Positions 1 to 8,400 of a DNA stretch of 33,606 nucleotides are shown here, piece after piece. Source of the DNA: Campylobacterota bacterium (lineage in GTDB: Bacteria > Campylobacterota > Campylobacteria > Campylobacterales > Arcobacteraceae). The number at the start of each line of letters is the position of its first letter. Position 1 is the first letter of the stretch. Under the pieces are notes generated by a model that was given only the letters and a program-made list of their open reading frames with translations, was not told the DNA's origin and searched no databases. The stretch spans positions 1-33,606 of the forward strand of contig JBNJFB010000022.1 in the NCBI GenBank assembly GCA_051746405.1, in the 5' to 3' direction. Position numbers and translations under genes: made by a program.

Positions 1-97
1 GGAGGACAAAAACTAAAAATATTTACGCTATAATTTTAATCTGCAGGTGGGTCATTTTTATTCAAAAAAGTGGGTCAAATTTCAATCAAAATTTTCA
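1..97. mobile_element. Terminus of an IS21-family insertion sequence (element continues off the left edge)
   Basis: Two GTGGGTCA repeats at 47-54 and 70-77, and a terminal CA at 96-97. Read inward on the minus strand it is TGAAAATTTTGATTGAAATTTGACCCAC-TTTTTTGAATAAAAATGACCCAC, the TG-start/repeated TGACCC architecture of IS21/IS1326-like ends. No transposase is in the window. Confidence 0.75.
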
Positions 98-128
98 AAA
101 ATGTAATAATTTTTAGTTTAGGAACTAT

Positions 129-728
129 ATGTCATTTGATACAAGCAAAATAATAGAGTGTTATGGTTGTGGTCTTTTTGTGAATAAATGGGCAAAGAAA
201 AAATCAAAAGTTTTAAAATGTCCAAGATGTAATAGTACACTTATAATGGATAATATTCACAGTTATGATTCACTCTATTATGCTATTTCATCACTGTTGG
301 TTTATATATTTGTTTGTATTTATCCTATTTTAACATTAGATGTAAATAACGCTTTTTTAAAAGCTACACTTATTGATACAGTATATATTCTTTTTGAAAA
401 AAACTTCTTTTTTGTGGGAGTTGTAGTACTTTTTACTATTGTAGTAGCACCACTATTTACATCATTTGTTATTCTTTTTTCATTTTTGCAAAATCATACA
501 AAAGTTAAGATATTTACAAGTACATTACTGCATGACTCCTTTTTATTTTTTAAACATTGGGCTTTTATTGATGTGTTTATTATAAGTATTATTGTAACTT
601 ACATAAAACTTATTAGTATGTCAGATACTACAACTTTTGCAGTTGGATTTTATGCCTTGTTGTTTTATCTATTCTGTTTTTATATGTCTATTGTAAAGTT
701 TGAAAGAAAAACAATCTTAGGAGAATAG
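129..728 (+). CDS. pqiA: Paraquat-inducible protein A / LetA-like membrane protein, N-terminal half
   Basis: CxxC...CPRC zinc motif, hydrophobic TM segments, KHWAFIDVF motif typical of PqiA; AGGA RBS. Confidence 0.85.
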   Translation: MSFDTSKIIECYGCGLFVNKWAKKKSKVLKCPRCNSTLIMDNIHSYDSLYYAISSLLVYIFVCIYPILTLDVNNAFLKATLIDTVYILFEKNFFFVGVVVLFTIVVAPLFTSFVILFSFLQNHTKVKIFTSTLLHDSFLFFKHWAFIDVFIISIIVTYIKLISMSDTTTFAVGFYALLFYLFCFYMSIVKFERKTILGE

Positions 729-729
729 T

Positions 730-1311
730 TTGGTTTTAATATCTTGTAGAAATTGTCATAAAGTTTTTGAAAAACAAAATTATGATAGTTTTGTTTGCAA
801 CAGGTGTAATCATATAGTAAGAAGAAGAGTGAAAAATTCACTTCAAATCTCTCTAGCATTGATTATAAGTGCTATGTTGCTTTATATTCCTGCAATGATT
901 TATCCTATGATGGAGATTACAAAGTTTAATGTTACAACAAATAATACTATAATTGAAGGAATAGTTAGATTTATAGAGTATGAGAACTATTTTATTGCAT
1001 TTGTTGTTTTTGTAGCTAGTATAGTTATACCTATTGTAAAACTACTAGGACTTTTAGTTATTTTTATAAGTTTAAAAGTTCATATAAAAATGAATAGAAA
1101 AACAAAAAATTATATTTTTAGATTTATTGACTCTATTGGAAAATGGTCTATGATAGATATATTTGTTGTTGCTATTTTAGCAGCATTAGTACAATTAGGT
1201 GAGATTTTTAACATAAAACCTGATATTGCAGCAACTTCCTTTACTATGGTAATTATTTTAACTATGGTAGCTACATATTGGTTTGATACAAGGATTATTT
1301 GGGATGAGTAA
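730..1311 (+). CDS. pqiA: Paraquat-inducible protein A / LetA-like membrane protein, C-terminal half
   Basis: CRNC...CNRC, LYIPA, ASIVIP, IGKWSMIDIFVV and FDTRIIWD PqiA motifs; TTG start 1 nt after the upstream stop. Confidence 0.9.
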   Translation: MVLISCRNCHKVFEKQNYDSFVCNRCNHIVRRRVKNSLQISLALIISAMLLYIPAMIYPMMEITKFNVTTNNTIIEGIVRFIEYENYFIAFVVFVASIVIPIVKLLGLLVIFISLKVHIKMNRKTKNYIFRFIDSIGKWSMIDIFVVAILAALVQLGEIFNIKPDIAATSFTMVIILTMVATYWFDTRIIWDE

Positions 1312-3958
1312 CGAAATAGAAGAACAAGAAAATTTAAAAAACCCTAAAGTAAAAATGAACAAACCCGTATCATTTGTATGGGTCTTACCTTTGATTATAT
1401 TTGGTATTTTATCTTGGGTGGCGTATGAATCATATAAGAAAAAAGGTGTAAATATAGAAGTTATTTTCAAAAGTGCAGAGGGACTTAAGGAGAATGCCAC
1501 TCCTTTAGAGTACAAGGGTTTACAACTTGGAAAAGTAACAGATATAAAGCTCCATGATGATTTAAAAAGTGTAAAAGTAAATATATTAGTTAAAAGTGAT
1601 GTTGCAAAATATGTGGCAAGTGAAAGTTCTAGATTTTATATAAAAAGACCTACGATTTCATTAACTAAAGTTTCAGGTTTAAATACTTTAATCAGTGGTT
1701 ATAAAATAGAAGTATCACCAAAGTTTAGAACAAAGCAAGAGTTTGAAAAGGGAAAAGAGAAGTTTGTATTTAAAGGTTTAGATAGTAAACCAGATGATGA
1801 GTTAGCTACAGATGGTTACTATATAAAAGTAGCTGCAAATGAAAATGATAGTATTCACGTAGGAACTCCAATCTTTTATAAGCATTTTCAAATAGGTGAA
1901 GTTGCCTCAAAGGAGTTTAAACAAGAAGGAGTACTTTTAAATCTCTACATTTATGACAAGTTTAATTATTTAGTAAATGAAAGTTCAGAGTTTATAATAA
2001 ATAGTGCTTTAAAAGTAGATTATGGTCCTAGTGGTTTAAAAGTAAAAGTAGGCTCAATTTATTCAGCTATAGTTGGTGGTATTACAGTAACTACAAAAGA
2101 TAAAAGTGCTTCAAAAATAGATAAAAATCAAGTAAGAAAATTATATAATAGTAAAGATGACTTGAGAAAAAAAGAGTATTTTACAATAAACTTTGACAAT
2201 GCAACAGGTATTGATAAAAATACTCCAATCTTTTACAAAGGTATTAAAGTAGGTAGTATTAAAAAGCTAAAACTTACAAAAGATTATGTAAAAGCAAAAG
2301 GATTCTTATATAAAAAGTATAGTCATATGCTTACACAAAATAGTAGTTTTTACATACAAAAACCAGAAATATCACTTGAAGATACAAAAAATATAGGAAA
2401 TATTATAAGGGGAAACTTTATCTCTATTGATTATAATAGCGGTAAAAAGTCAAATAGTTTTTACTCAAAAGGTTTTAAGAAAAAAGAGCTTTATAAAAAT
2501 AGTATAAAACTTACACTTTATGTAAATGACTTGAAATCAATTACAAAAAAATCAAAGATATTTTATAGAAGTATCCCTATAGGTAAAGTTATAGATTATG
2601 ATTTTAATTCAAACTACAAAAAAGTTAAAATCAATATAGCAATTGAAAAAAAATATGAAAAGCTTATAAATAATCATACTCTTTTTTATGATATGAGTTC
2701 AAAACTTCTTAGTATAAAAAATCTTGATATGAATATAAACTACAATGGTTTGAAACCACTTTTAAATGGTGCAATAGGAATATTAACAGAAAAAAGAGAC
2801 CAAAAGCTTACAAAAAATAGTTTTAAACTTTTTGAAGAGTATAAAAAAGTTAGAAATTTAAAAAGAGTCTATAATCAAGGTAGTTTGTATGAGGCCTATT
2901 TTGATAATAGTTTTAGTATTAAAAAAGATATGGCAATAGTTTTTAAAAATAAAGAGATAGGTTTTGTAAAGAGTATAGCTTTTGATGAAAAAGAGTCTAA
3001 AGCAAAGCTTTTTATTTACAAAGAGTTTCAAAAGTATATGAATAAAACAAGTGCATTTTATAAAAAATCAAAAATCGATTTAGAAGCAGGGTTTGATGGT
3101 GTTAAGTTTAATATGGATAATTTTACTTCACTATTTGAGGGCTCCATACATTTGAAAAATAAAACAGATAAAATCTACAAACTAAAAAAAATATATAGCT
3201 CCTATGATGAATTAAAAAGTAGTTCAAACCGTATTTCTATACTATTTGATAATGTTGAAGGTCTAAAAGAGAACTCTTCACTTTTAACATACAAAGGCGT
3301 AAAAGTAGGGAAAGTTACAAAGATTAAATTAACTTCAAATCAAAATGTAAAAGTAGATGCACAGATATTTAACGACTATAAAAAGTTTGCAAAGCAAGGA
3401 GTTATTTATTACTTAAAAAAACCAGTTATTTCCCTTGAAGAAGTTTCAAACTTAGGTTCAACTTTAATGCCTGTAAATATTGGAATCATAAAAACAAAAT
3501 CTAAAAATAGTTTTGAAAATAGCTTTAAAGGATATGATAGTGAGCCAAATCTTGATAAATCAGAGGATGGGACTACTTTTAAAGTTGAGTCAATACATGC
3601 TTCAAAAGCAAATATAAATGCTCCTATTTATTATAAGTTTGTTCAAATAGGAAAAGTTCACAAAAAAGATTTATCAAAAGATGGTTCAAAGGTTATAATG
3701 TACTGTAAAATAGAGGATAAGTATGCTCATTTAATAAGAAAAAATAGTAAGTTTTATGATATAAGTGGATTTAGTGCAAGTTTTTCTATCTTTTCGGAGT
3801 CTTATGTGGAATCAAACACTTTTAATAGTATTTTAAAAGGAGGCTTAGTAGTGGTAACTCCTGAAGATTATAAGCAAAAAGCTTCTAGTTTTGATACCTT
3901 TGAATTAATAGAGAAATTACCTAAAAATTGGGATAAAGTAACCCCAAATATAAACTAG
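1304..3958 (+). CDS. letB: MCE (MlaD) multi-domain lipid transport protein, LetB/YebT-like (~7 MCE domains)
   Basis: N-terminal WVLPLI TM segment and seven repeats of the 'TPI.YKG..VG.V' MCE signature. Start moved from 1283 to ATG 1304 (AAGGA at 1290-1294). Confidence 0.85.
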   Translation: MSNEIEEQENLKNPKVKMNKPVSFVWVLPLIIFGILSWVAYESYKKKGVNIEVIFKSAEGLKENATPLEYKGLQLGKVTDIKLHDDLKSVKVNILVKSDVAKYVASESSRFYIKRPTISLTKVSGLNTLISGYKIEVSPKFRTKQEFEKGKEKFVFKGLDSKPDDELATDGYYIKVAANENDSIHVGTPIFYKHFQIGEVASKEFKQEGVLLNLYIYDKFNYLVNESSEFIINSALKVDYGPSGLKVKVGSIYSAIVGGITVTTKDKSASKIDKNQVRKLYNSKDDLRKKEYFTINFDNATGIDKNTPIFYKGIKVGSIKKLKLTKDYVKAKGFLYKKYSHMLTQNSSFYIQKPEISLEDTKNIGNIIRGNFISIDYNSGKKSNSFYSKGFKKKELYKNSIKLTLYVNDLKSITKKSKIFYRSIPIGKVIDYDFNSNYKKVKINIAIEKKYEKLINNHTLFYDMSSKLLSIKNLDMNINYNGLKPLLNGAIGILTEKRDQKLTKNSFKLFEEYKKVRNLKRVYNQGSLYEAYFDNSFSIKKDMAIVFKNKEIGFVKSIAFDEKESKAKLFIYKEFQKYMNKTSAFYKKSKIDLEAGFDGVKFNMDNFTSLFEGSIHLKNKTDKIYKLKKIYSSYDELKSSSNRISILFDNVEGLKENSSLLTYKGVKVGKVTKIKLTSNQNVKVDAQIFNDYKKFAKQGVIYYLKKPVISLEEVSNLGSTLMPVNIGIIKTKSKNSFENSFKGYDSEPNLDKSEDGTTFKVESIHASKANINAPIYYKFVQIGKVHKKDLSKDGSKVIMYCKIEDKYAHLIRKNSKFYDISGFSASFSIFSESYVESNTFNSILKGGLVVVTPEDYKQKASSFDTFELIEKLPKNWDKVTPNIN

Positions 3959-3985
3959 CAAAGCCTAAAGTTGCTTTGCTTTTTT
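3957..3985 (+). terminator. Probable intrinsic terminator of the let operon
   Basis: AGCAAAGC-N8-GCTTTGCT stem followed by a T run, at the junction of convergent genes. Confidence 0.55.
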
Positions 3986-5386
3986 GATAATACTTTCTAT
4001 CATATTTTTAAATACAAAATAGTGAATAGGCATTAGAGTATACCAATATACTCTACCTAAAAGACCCCTTGGGTAAAAATAAGCAGATTGTATTAGTGTG
4101 TTGTCTTTTATTTTAAACTCAAGCCATGCACTACCTGGGACTTTCATTTGAGCAAAAAGTAAGAGTCTCTCATCTTTTTTTATATCAACTACTTTCCAAA
4201 AATCTAAACTATCACCAACTCTTAATTCATCTTGACTTCTTCTTCCTCTTTTTAGTCCAACACCTCCTATTAGCTTATCAATAATACCTCTTATCTCCCA
4301 TAAAAAATCATAATCAAACCAGCCATGCTCCCCTCCAATACTTACAAAACTTTTAAAAACCTTTTCCTTTTCAATATTTGAAATATCAATATATTTTCTA
4401 TCTACAAAAACAGCATTTGATATCTCTTTGCTATGATTTTTTTCCCATATTTTATCTGCATTGTCACTCCATCTACTTATAACCTGATTTGTCTCAATCT
4501 CTTTAACAGCTTTTCTTACAGCATCTATAAATGGTATTGGTTTAATATTAGGGAAATATTTTTTGGCATTGTCATTTTGTATTACAACTTCAGATTTAAG
4601 TCCTTCTATTAATGCTTTTGCAACTTTAAAAGGTACAGGTGTAAAAAGATTTAACCAATAAGAAGAGAGGTTTATGGATAAAAAAGGCAAGGGAATAATT
4701 ACTCTTTTTAGCTTTAAAGCCTTTGCTGTTTGTAGCATCATCTCTTTATATGTAAGTTGCTGGGCACCAATATCAACTATTAGGTTATCTTTTTCTTTTA
4801 AATATAAAGACTCTTCTAAATAGCTTAAAACATCATCAACAGCAATTGGCTGAGCTTTTGTAGATACCCATTTTGGTGTGGTCATAATCGGAAGTTTTTC
4901 AGTTAAGTTTCTAATAATCTCAAAGCTTGTGCTTCCTGAACCTATTATAACTCCAGCTCTTATCCAAATAGTTTGAATATCCTCATAACTTGATAAAACC
5001 TCACCTGTTTCTAATCTACTTAATAAGTGTTCACTTGTGTTTTTATTTTTTACTCCTAAACCACCTAAGTAGATTACTCTTTTTACACCACATTGCTTTG
5101 CTATTTGTGCAAAGTTTTGTGCTGATATCTTATCAAGATTTTTATAATCTGTTCTATTTAACGAATGAATTAAATAATAAGCAGTATCAACATCTTTTAA
5201 AGCCTCTTTTAAAACCTCTTTATTAAAAGTATCACCTTCAAAAACCTCTAATTTGTTTAAAATATTTTTAGATAAGCTTTTTTTATTTCTAACTAGAAGT
5301 TTTAACTCTATGTTCTTATATAATAAAAGTCTTTGTTTTAATCTTCTACCAATATAGCCAGTTGAACCTGTAAGTAATACTTTCAT
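3965..5386 (-). CDS. NAD(P)-binding SDR/epimerase-family protein with C-terminal DUF2867 (YbjT-like)
   Basis: TGSTGYIG Rossmann motif, AYYLIHS, IIGSGSTSFE; C-terminal GGVGLKRGRR...LDFWKV...PRGLLGRVYW DUF2867 pattern. Confidence 0.85.
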   Translation of the reverse strand: MKVLLTGSTGYIGRRLKQRLLLYKNIELKLLVRNKKSLSKNILNKLEVFEGDTFNKEVLKEALKDVDTAYYLIHSLNRTDYKNLDKISAQNFAQIAKQCGVKRVIYLGGLGVKNKNTSEHLLSRLETGEVLSSYEDIQTIWIRAGVIIGSGSTSFEIIRNLTEKLPIMTTPKWVSTKAQPIAVDDVLSYLEESLYLKEKDNLIVDIGAQQLTYKEMMLQTAKALKLKRVIIPLPFLSINLSSYWLNLFTPVPFKVAKALIEGLKSEVVIQNDNAKKYFPNIKPIPFIDAVRKAVKEIETNQVISRWSDNADKIWEKNHSKEISNAVFVDRKYIDISNIEKEKVFKSFVSIGGEHGWFDYDFLWEIRGIIDKLIGGVGLKRGRRSQDELRVGDSLDFWKVVDIKKDERLLLFAQMKVPGSAWLEFKIKDNTLIQSAYFYPRGLLGRVYWYTLMPIHYFVFKNMIESIIKKAKQL

Positions 5387-5501
5387 GACTTTCCTTTTTT
5401 CTATCTATATAGATTATACAGTTATTGTATATGTTTTTGTATTTATTATTTGTTAATTTATCATTAATATTATATAATAGCAAATTTGATGAAAGGGACC
5501 A

Positions 5502-6443
5502 ATGAGAAACATTTTTTTATTATTTTTATTAGTTGTAAGTTTAAAAGCAGTTGATACTAAGAAAAAAATAGCATATATAGTATCAGATACCTCAATACCT
5601 TTTTGGCAAATAATGTCAAAGGGAATAAAAAACAAAGCTTTAGAAATTGGCTTTGAAGTAGAAGTTTATAATTCAAACAACATAAGAAAAAATGAGCTTA
5701 ATTTAGCAGTAAAAGCAATAAAAAACAGCGTAGATGCTATCATAATCTCTCCTATAAACTCATCTTCATGTGTTACTGTTTTGAAGCTAGCAAATAGTTC
5801 AAATATACCTGTAGTAGTAGCAGATATTGGAGCTGATTCTAAAGATTATGTATCTTTTATATCCTCAAATAATAAAAATGGTGCTTATAAACTAGGTAAA
5901 ATTTTAGCAAAAAAGATGATTGAAAAAAATCTACAAGAAAAAAAAGTAGGAATAGTAGCAATTCCACAAAAAAGATTAAATGGTCAACAGCGAACAGCTG
6001 GTTTTATGAAAGCATTAAATGAGTATGGAATAAAAAGTTCGGGAATTACACAACAAGTTGATTTCTCTTTGCAAGAGACTTATGATTTAACATTAGAGTT
6101 ATTAAATCAATCATATGATTTACAAGCTTTATGGTTACAAGGCTCTGATAAATACAAAGGGGCATTAAAAGCTTTAAAAGAGCAAAAGAAGCAAGATGTT
6201 TTATTGGTTACCTTTGATGCAGAGCCTATCTTTTTGGAGCTTATTCCAAAAGGTGTAATACTAGCTTCAGCTATGCAACAACCTTTTTTGATGGGTGAAA
6301 AAGCAGTAGAAACCGCAAATAGATATTTGAATAATAAAGAAGTAAAAAAAGAGATTCAAATGGAAGTACTAGCAGTATCAAAAGAGAATATTGATATAAT
6401 GCTACCAAAAATTAAAAGAAATGTTTTGGGATTAGATGAATAA
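5502..6443 (+). CDS. Periplasmic sugar-binding protein (RbsB/type I PBP fold)
   Basis: Signal peptide; PFWQ, VDAIIISP, IPVVVAD, RTAGF, VTFDA and QQPFLMG motifs. Confidence 0.85.
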   Translation: MRNIFLLFLLVVSLKAVDTKKKIAYIVSDTSIPFWQIMSKGIKNKALEIGFEVEVYNSNNIRKNELNLAVKAIKNSVDAIIISPINSSSCVTVLKLANSSNIPVVVADIGADSKDYVSFISSNNKNGAYKLGKILAKKMIEKNLQEKKVGIVAIPQKRLNGQQRTAGFMKALNEYGIKSSGITQQVDFSLQETYDLTLELLNQSYDLQALWLQGSDKYKGALKALKEQKKQDVLLVTFDAEPIFLELIPKGVILASAMQQPFLMGEKAVETANRYLNNKEVKKEIQMEVLAVSKENIDIMLPKIKRNVLGLDE

Positions 6444-8343
6444 GCAAGTAATAAACGGAAAATCTATTTTTGTAACGCTAGGAATGGTGATATTTATAAT
6501 AGTATCTATTGTGATGTTAGTTCAAGCATTAATAACATACAACAATACAAAAACAAAAATAGTATCTGATATGAAAATTAACTCTGAATTAACTGTTATG
6601 TCTTTAAAAAATAGTATAGCTAACTATATTGAAGCATATGCACCAAATGAGTATCAAAAGCTAATAAAAAATGAGGTTGAACACAATAAAATATTAGCAG
6701 TTATAATAAACGATTATAATATGGCAAAAATTGTTGGAAAAGATAACTATATAACAGGAAAGATAAAATTAAGTGAAAAAATAATAATTGATTATGATAA
6801 TACAAACAAAGTACACAAAAAACTTATTGATAATTCATTTTTTTCATATAAAAAAGATATAAAATCAGAAGATAATAATACAATAGGCGAAATAGTTATT
6901 TATACCTCTGGTGAAACTATGAATAAACAACTAAAAGAGATTATAAACTTTTATCTAGTAAATACATTTATAATATCTATAGTTCTTATATTAACACTAT
7001 ATTTAAGTATAAAAGCAATTATTTTAAAGCCATTATCAAAAATCACTGAAGCTATTAACCAAACTGATAAGTACGGTATTCCTACAAAAACAATGCCTAT
7101 AAATAGTTACAAAGAGATAAACCATTTATCTAAAACCATGAATGCAATGATTGCATCTATTGTAACTTCAAAGAGAAATTTAGAGTATAAACAAGAGGAG
7201 CTAAATAAAGCTTTAGATTTACAAACAGCAATTTTTGACAATATTGGATATCTACTTATAAGAACTGATGAAAATGGTATTATAAAGCAGATAAATAAAG
7301 AGGTTGAGACTGTTTTAGGATATAGCTCTGAAGAGTTAGTAGATAATCACACTCCTGAAATAATTCATTTAGATACAGAAGTAGATAAGAGAAAAGAGCA
7401 GTTTTCAAAAAACTTTAAACAAGAGATACAAAATAGTTTTGAACTTTTTGTCTTAAAAACGAATATGGGAATAAATAATGAACATGAATGGACTTATGTA
7501 ACTAAAGATGGGAACCATATAGAAGTTCTACTTAGTGTCACAGCTTTAAGGGATGAAAATAATAATACCTATGGTTACTTAGGAATTGCTAGGGATATTA
7601 CACAAGATAAACTTATACAATCCCAGTCAAGATTAGCTTCAATGGGTGAAATGATAGGAAATATAGCCCATCAGTGGAGACAACCTCTTAGTGTTATTTC
7701 TACAATCTCAAGTGGAGTTAAACTCAAAAATGATTTAAATATGTTAGATATAAAAGAGCTATCTAATGATATGAATAATATATTAGGACAGACAAACTAT
7801 CTATCTGATACTATTGATGATTTTAAAAACTTTATTAAAAACTCTAATGAAAAAGAGGAAGTAGAAGTTTCAACCTTAATTGATAAAACCTTATCAATTA
7901 CAGCTTCAAGTATAAAAAATAATTCAATAGAGATAGTGAAAGATTTATACTATGATATGAAGATATTAGCATATAGAAATGAGCTAATACAAGCACTTAT
8001 GAATATTATAAATAACTCAAAAGATGCATTAAAAGAGAATACATACAATATTTATAGAAGACTTATTTTAATTGAAACAAATAAAATAAATGAAGGCTTA
8101 GTTTTAACTATAAAAGATAATGGTGGTGGAATTAAAGAAGAGATTATGGATAAGATTTTTGAACCATATTTTACTACAAAACATCAAAGCGTAGGTACAG
8201 GAATAGGGCTTTCAATGGTTTATAAAATTTTACTTGAACATCACAATGCAAAAGTAAGTGCATATAATGAAAAGTTTACTTATGAGGGTTCTACTTATAC
8301 AGGAGCTTGTTTTAAGATTATATTTTATAAAGAAAGAAAATAA
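6436..8343 (+). CDS. Membrane sensor histidine kinase (2 TM, HAMP, PAS, HisKA, HATPase)
   Basis: H-box AHQWRQP, N-box NIINNSKDA, DNGGGI, FEPYFTTK, GTGIGL; overlaps the upstream PBP stop. Confidence 0.92.
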   Translation: MNKQVINGKSIFVTLGMVIFIIVSIVMLVQALITYNNTKTKIVSDMKINSELTVMSLKNSIANYIEAYAPNEYQKLIKNEVEHNKILAVIINDYNMAKIVGKDNYITGKIKLSEKIIIDYDNTNKVHKKLIDNSFFSYKKDIKSEDNNTIGEIVIYTSGETMNKQLKEIINFYLVNTFIISIVLILTLYLSIKAIILKPLSKITEAINQTDKYGIPTKTMPINSYKEINHLSKTMNAMIASIVTSKRNLEYKQEELNKALDLQTAIFDNIGYLLIRTDENGIIKQINKEVETVLGYSSEELVDNHTPEIIHLDTEVDKRKEQFSKNFKQEIQNSFELFVLKTNMGINNEHEWTYVTKDGNHIEVLLSVTALRDENNNTYGYLGIARDITQDKLIQSQSRLASMGEMIGNIAHQWRQPLSVISTISSGVKLKNDLNMLDIKELSNDMNNILGQTNYLSDTIDDFKNFIKNSNEKEEVEVSTLIDKTLSITASSIKNNSIEIVKDLYYDMKILAYRNELIQALMNIINNSKDALKENTYNIYRRLILIETNKINEGLVLTIKDNGGGIKEEIMDKIFEPYFTTKHQSVGTGIGLSMVYKILLEHHNAKVSAYNEKFTYEGSTYTGACFKIIFYKERK

Positions 8344-8355
8344 TGTCTACTTCAG

Positions 8356-8382
8356 GGGTTGGGACTTTAGTCCCACTAACCC
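8356..8382. terminator. GC-rich palindrome between convergent genes (bidirectional terminator or REP-like element)
   Basis: TGGGAC-TTTA-GTCCCA core with an outer GGGTT/AACCC pair. Confidence 0.55.
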
Positions 8383-8400
8383 ACAAAAAGATCAATTTTT

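Noticed and set aside
129..1311. Possible frameshifted pqiA pseudogene
   Set aside because: Each half has its own RBS/start and complete motif set, and two-gene PqiA arrangements are common
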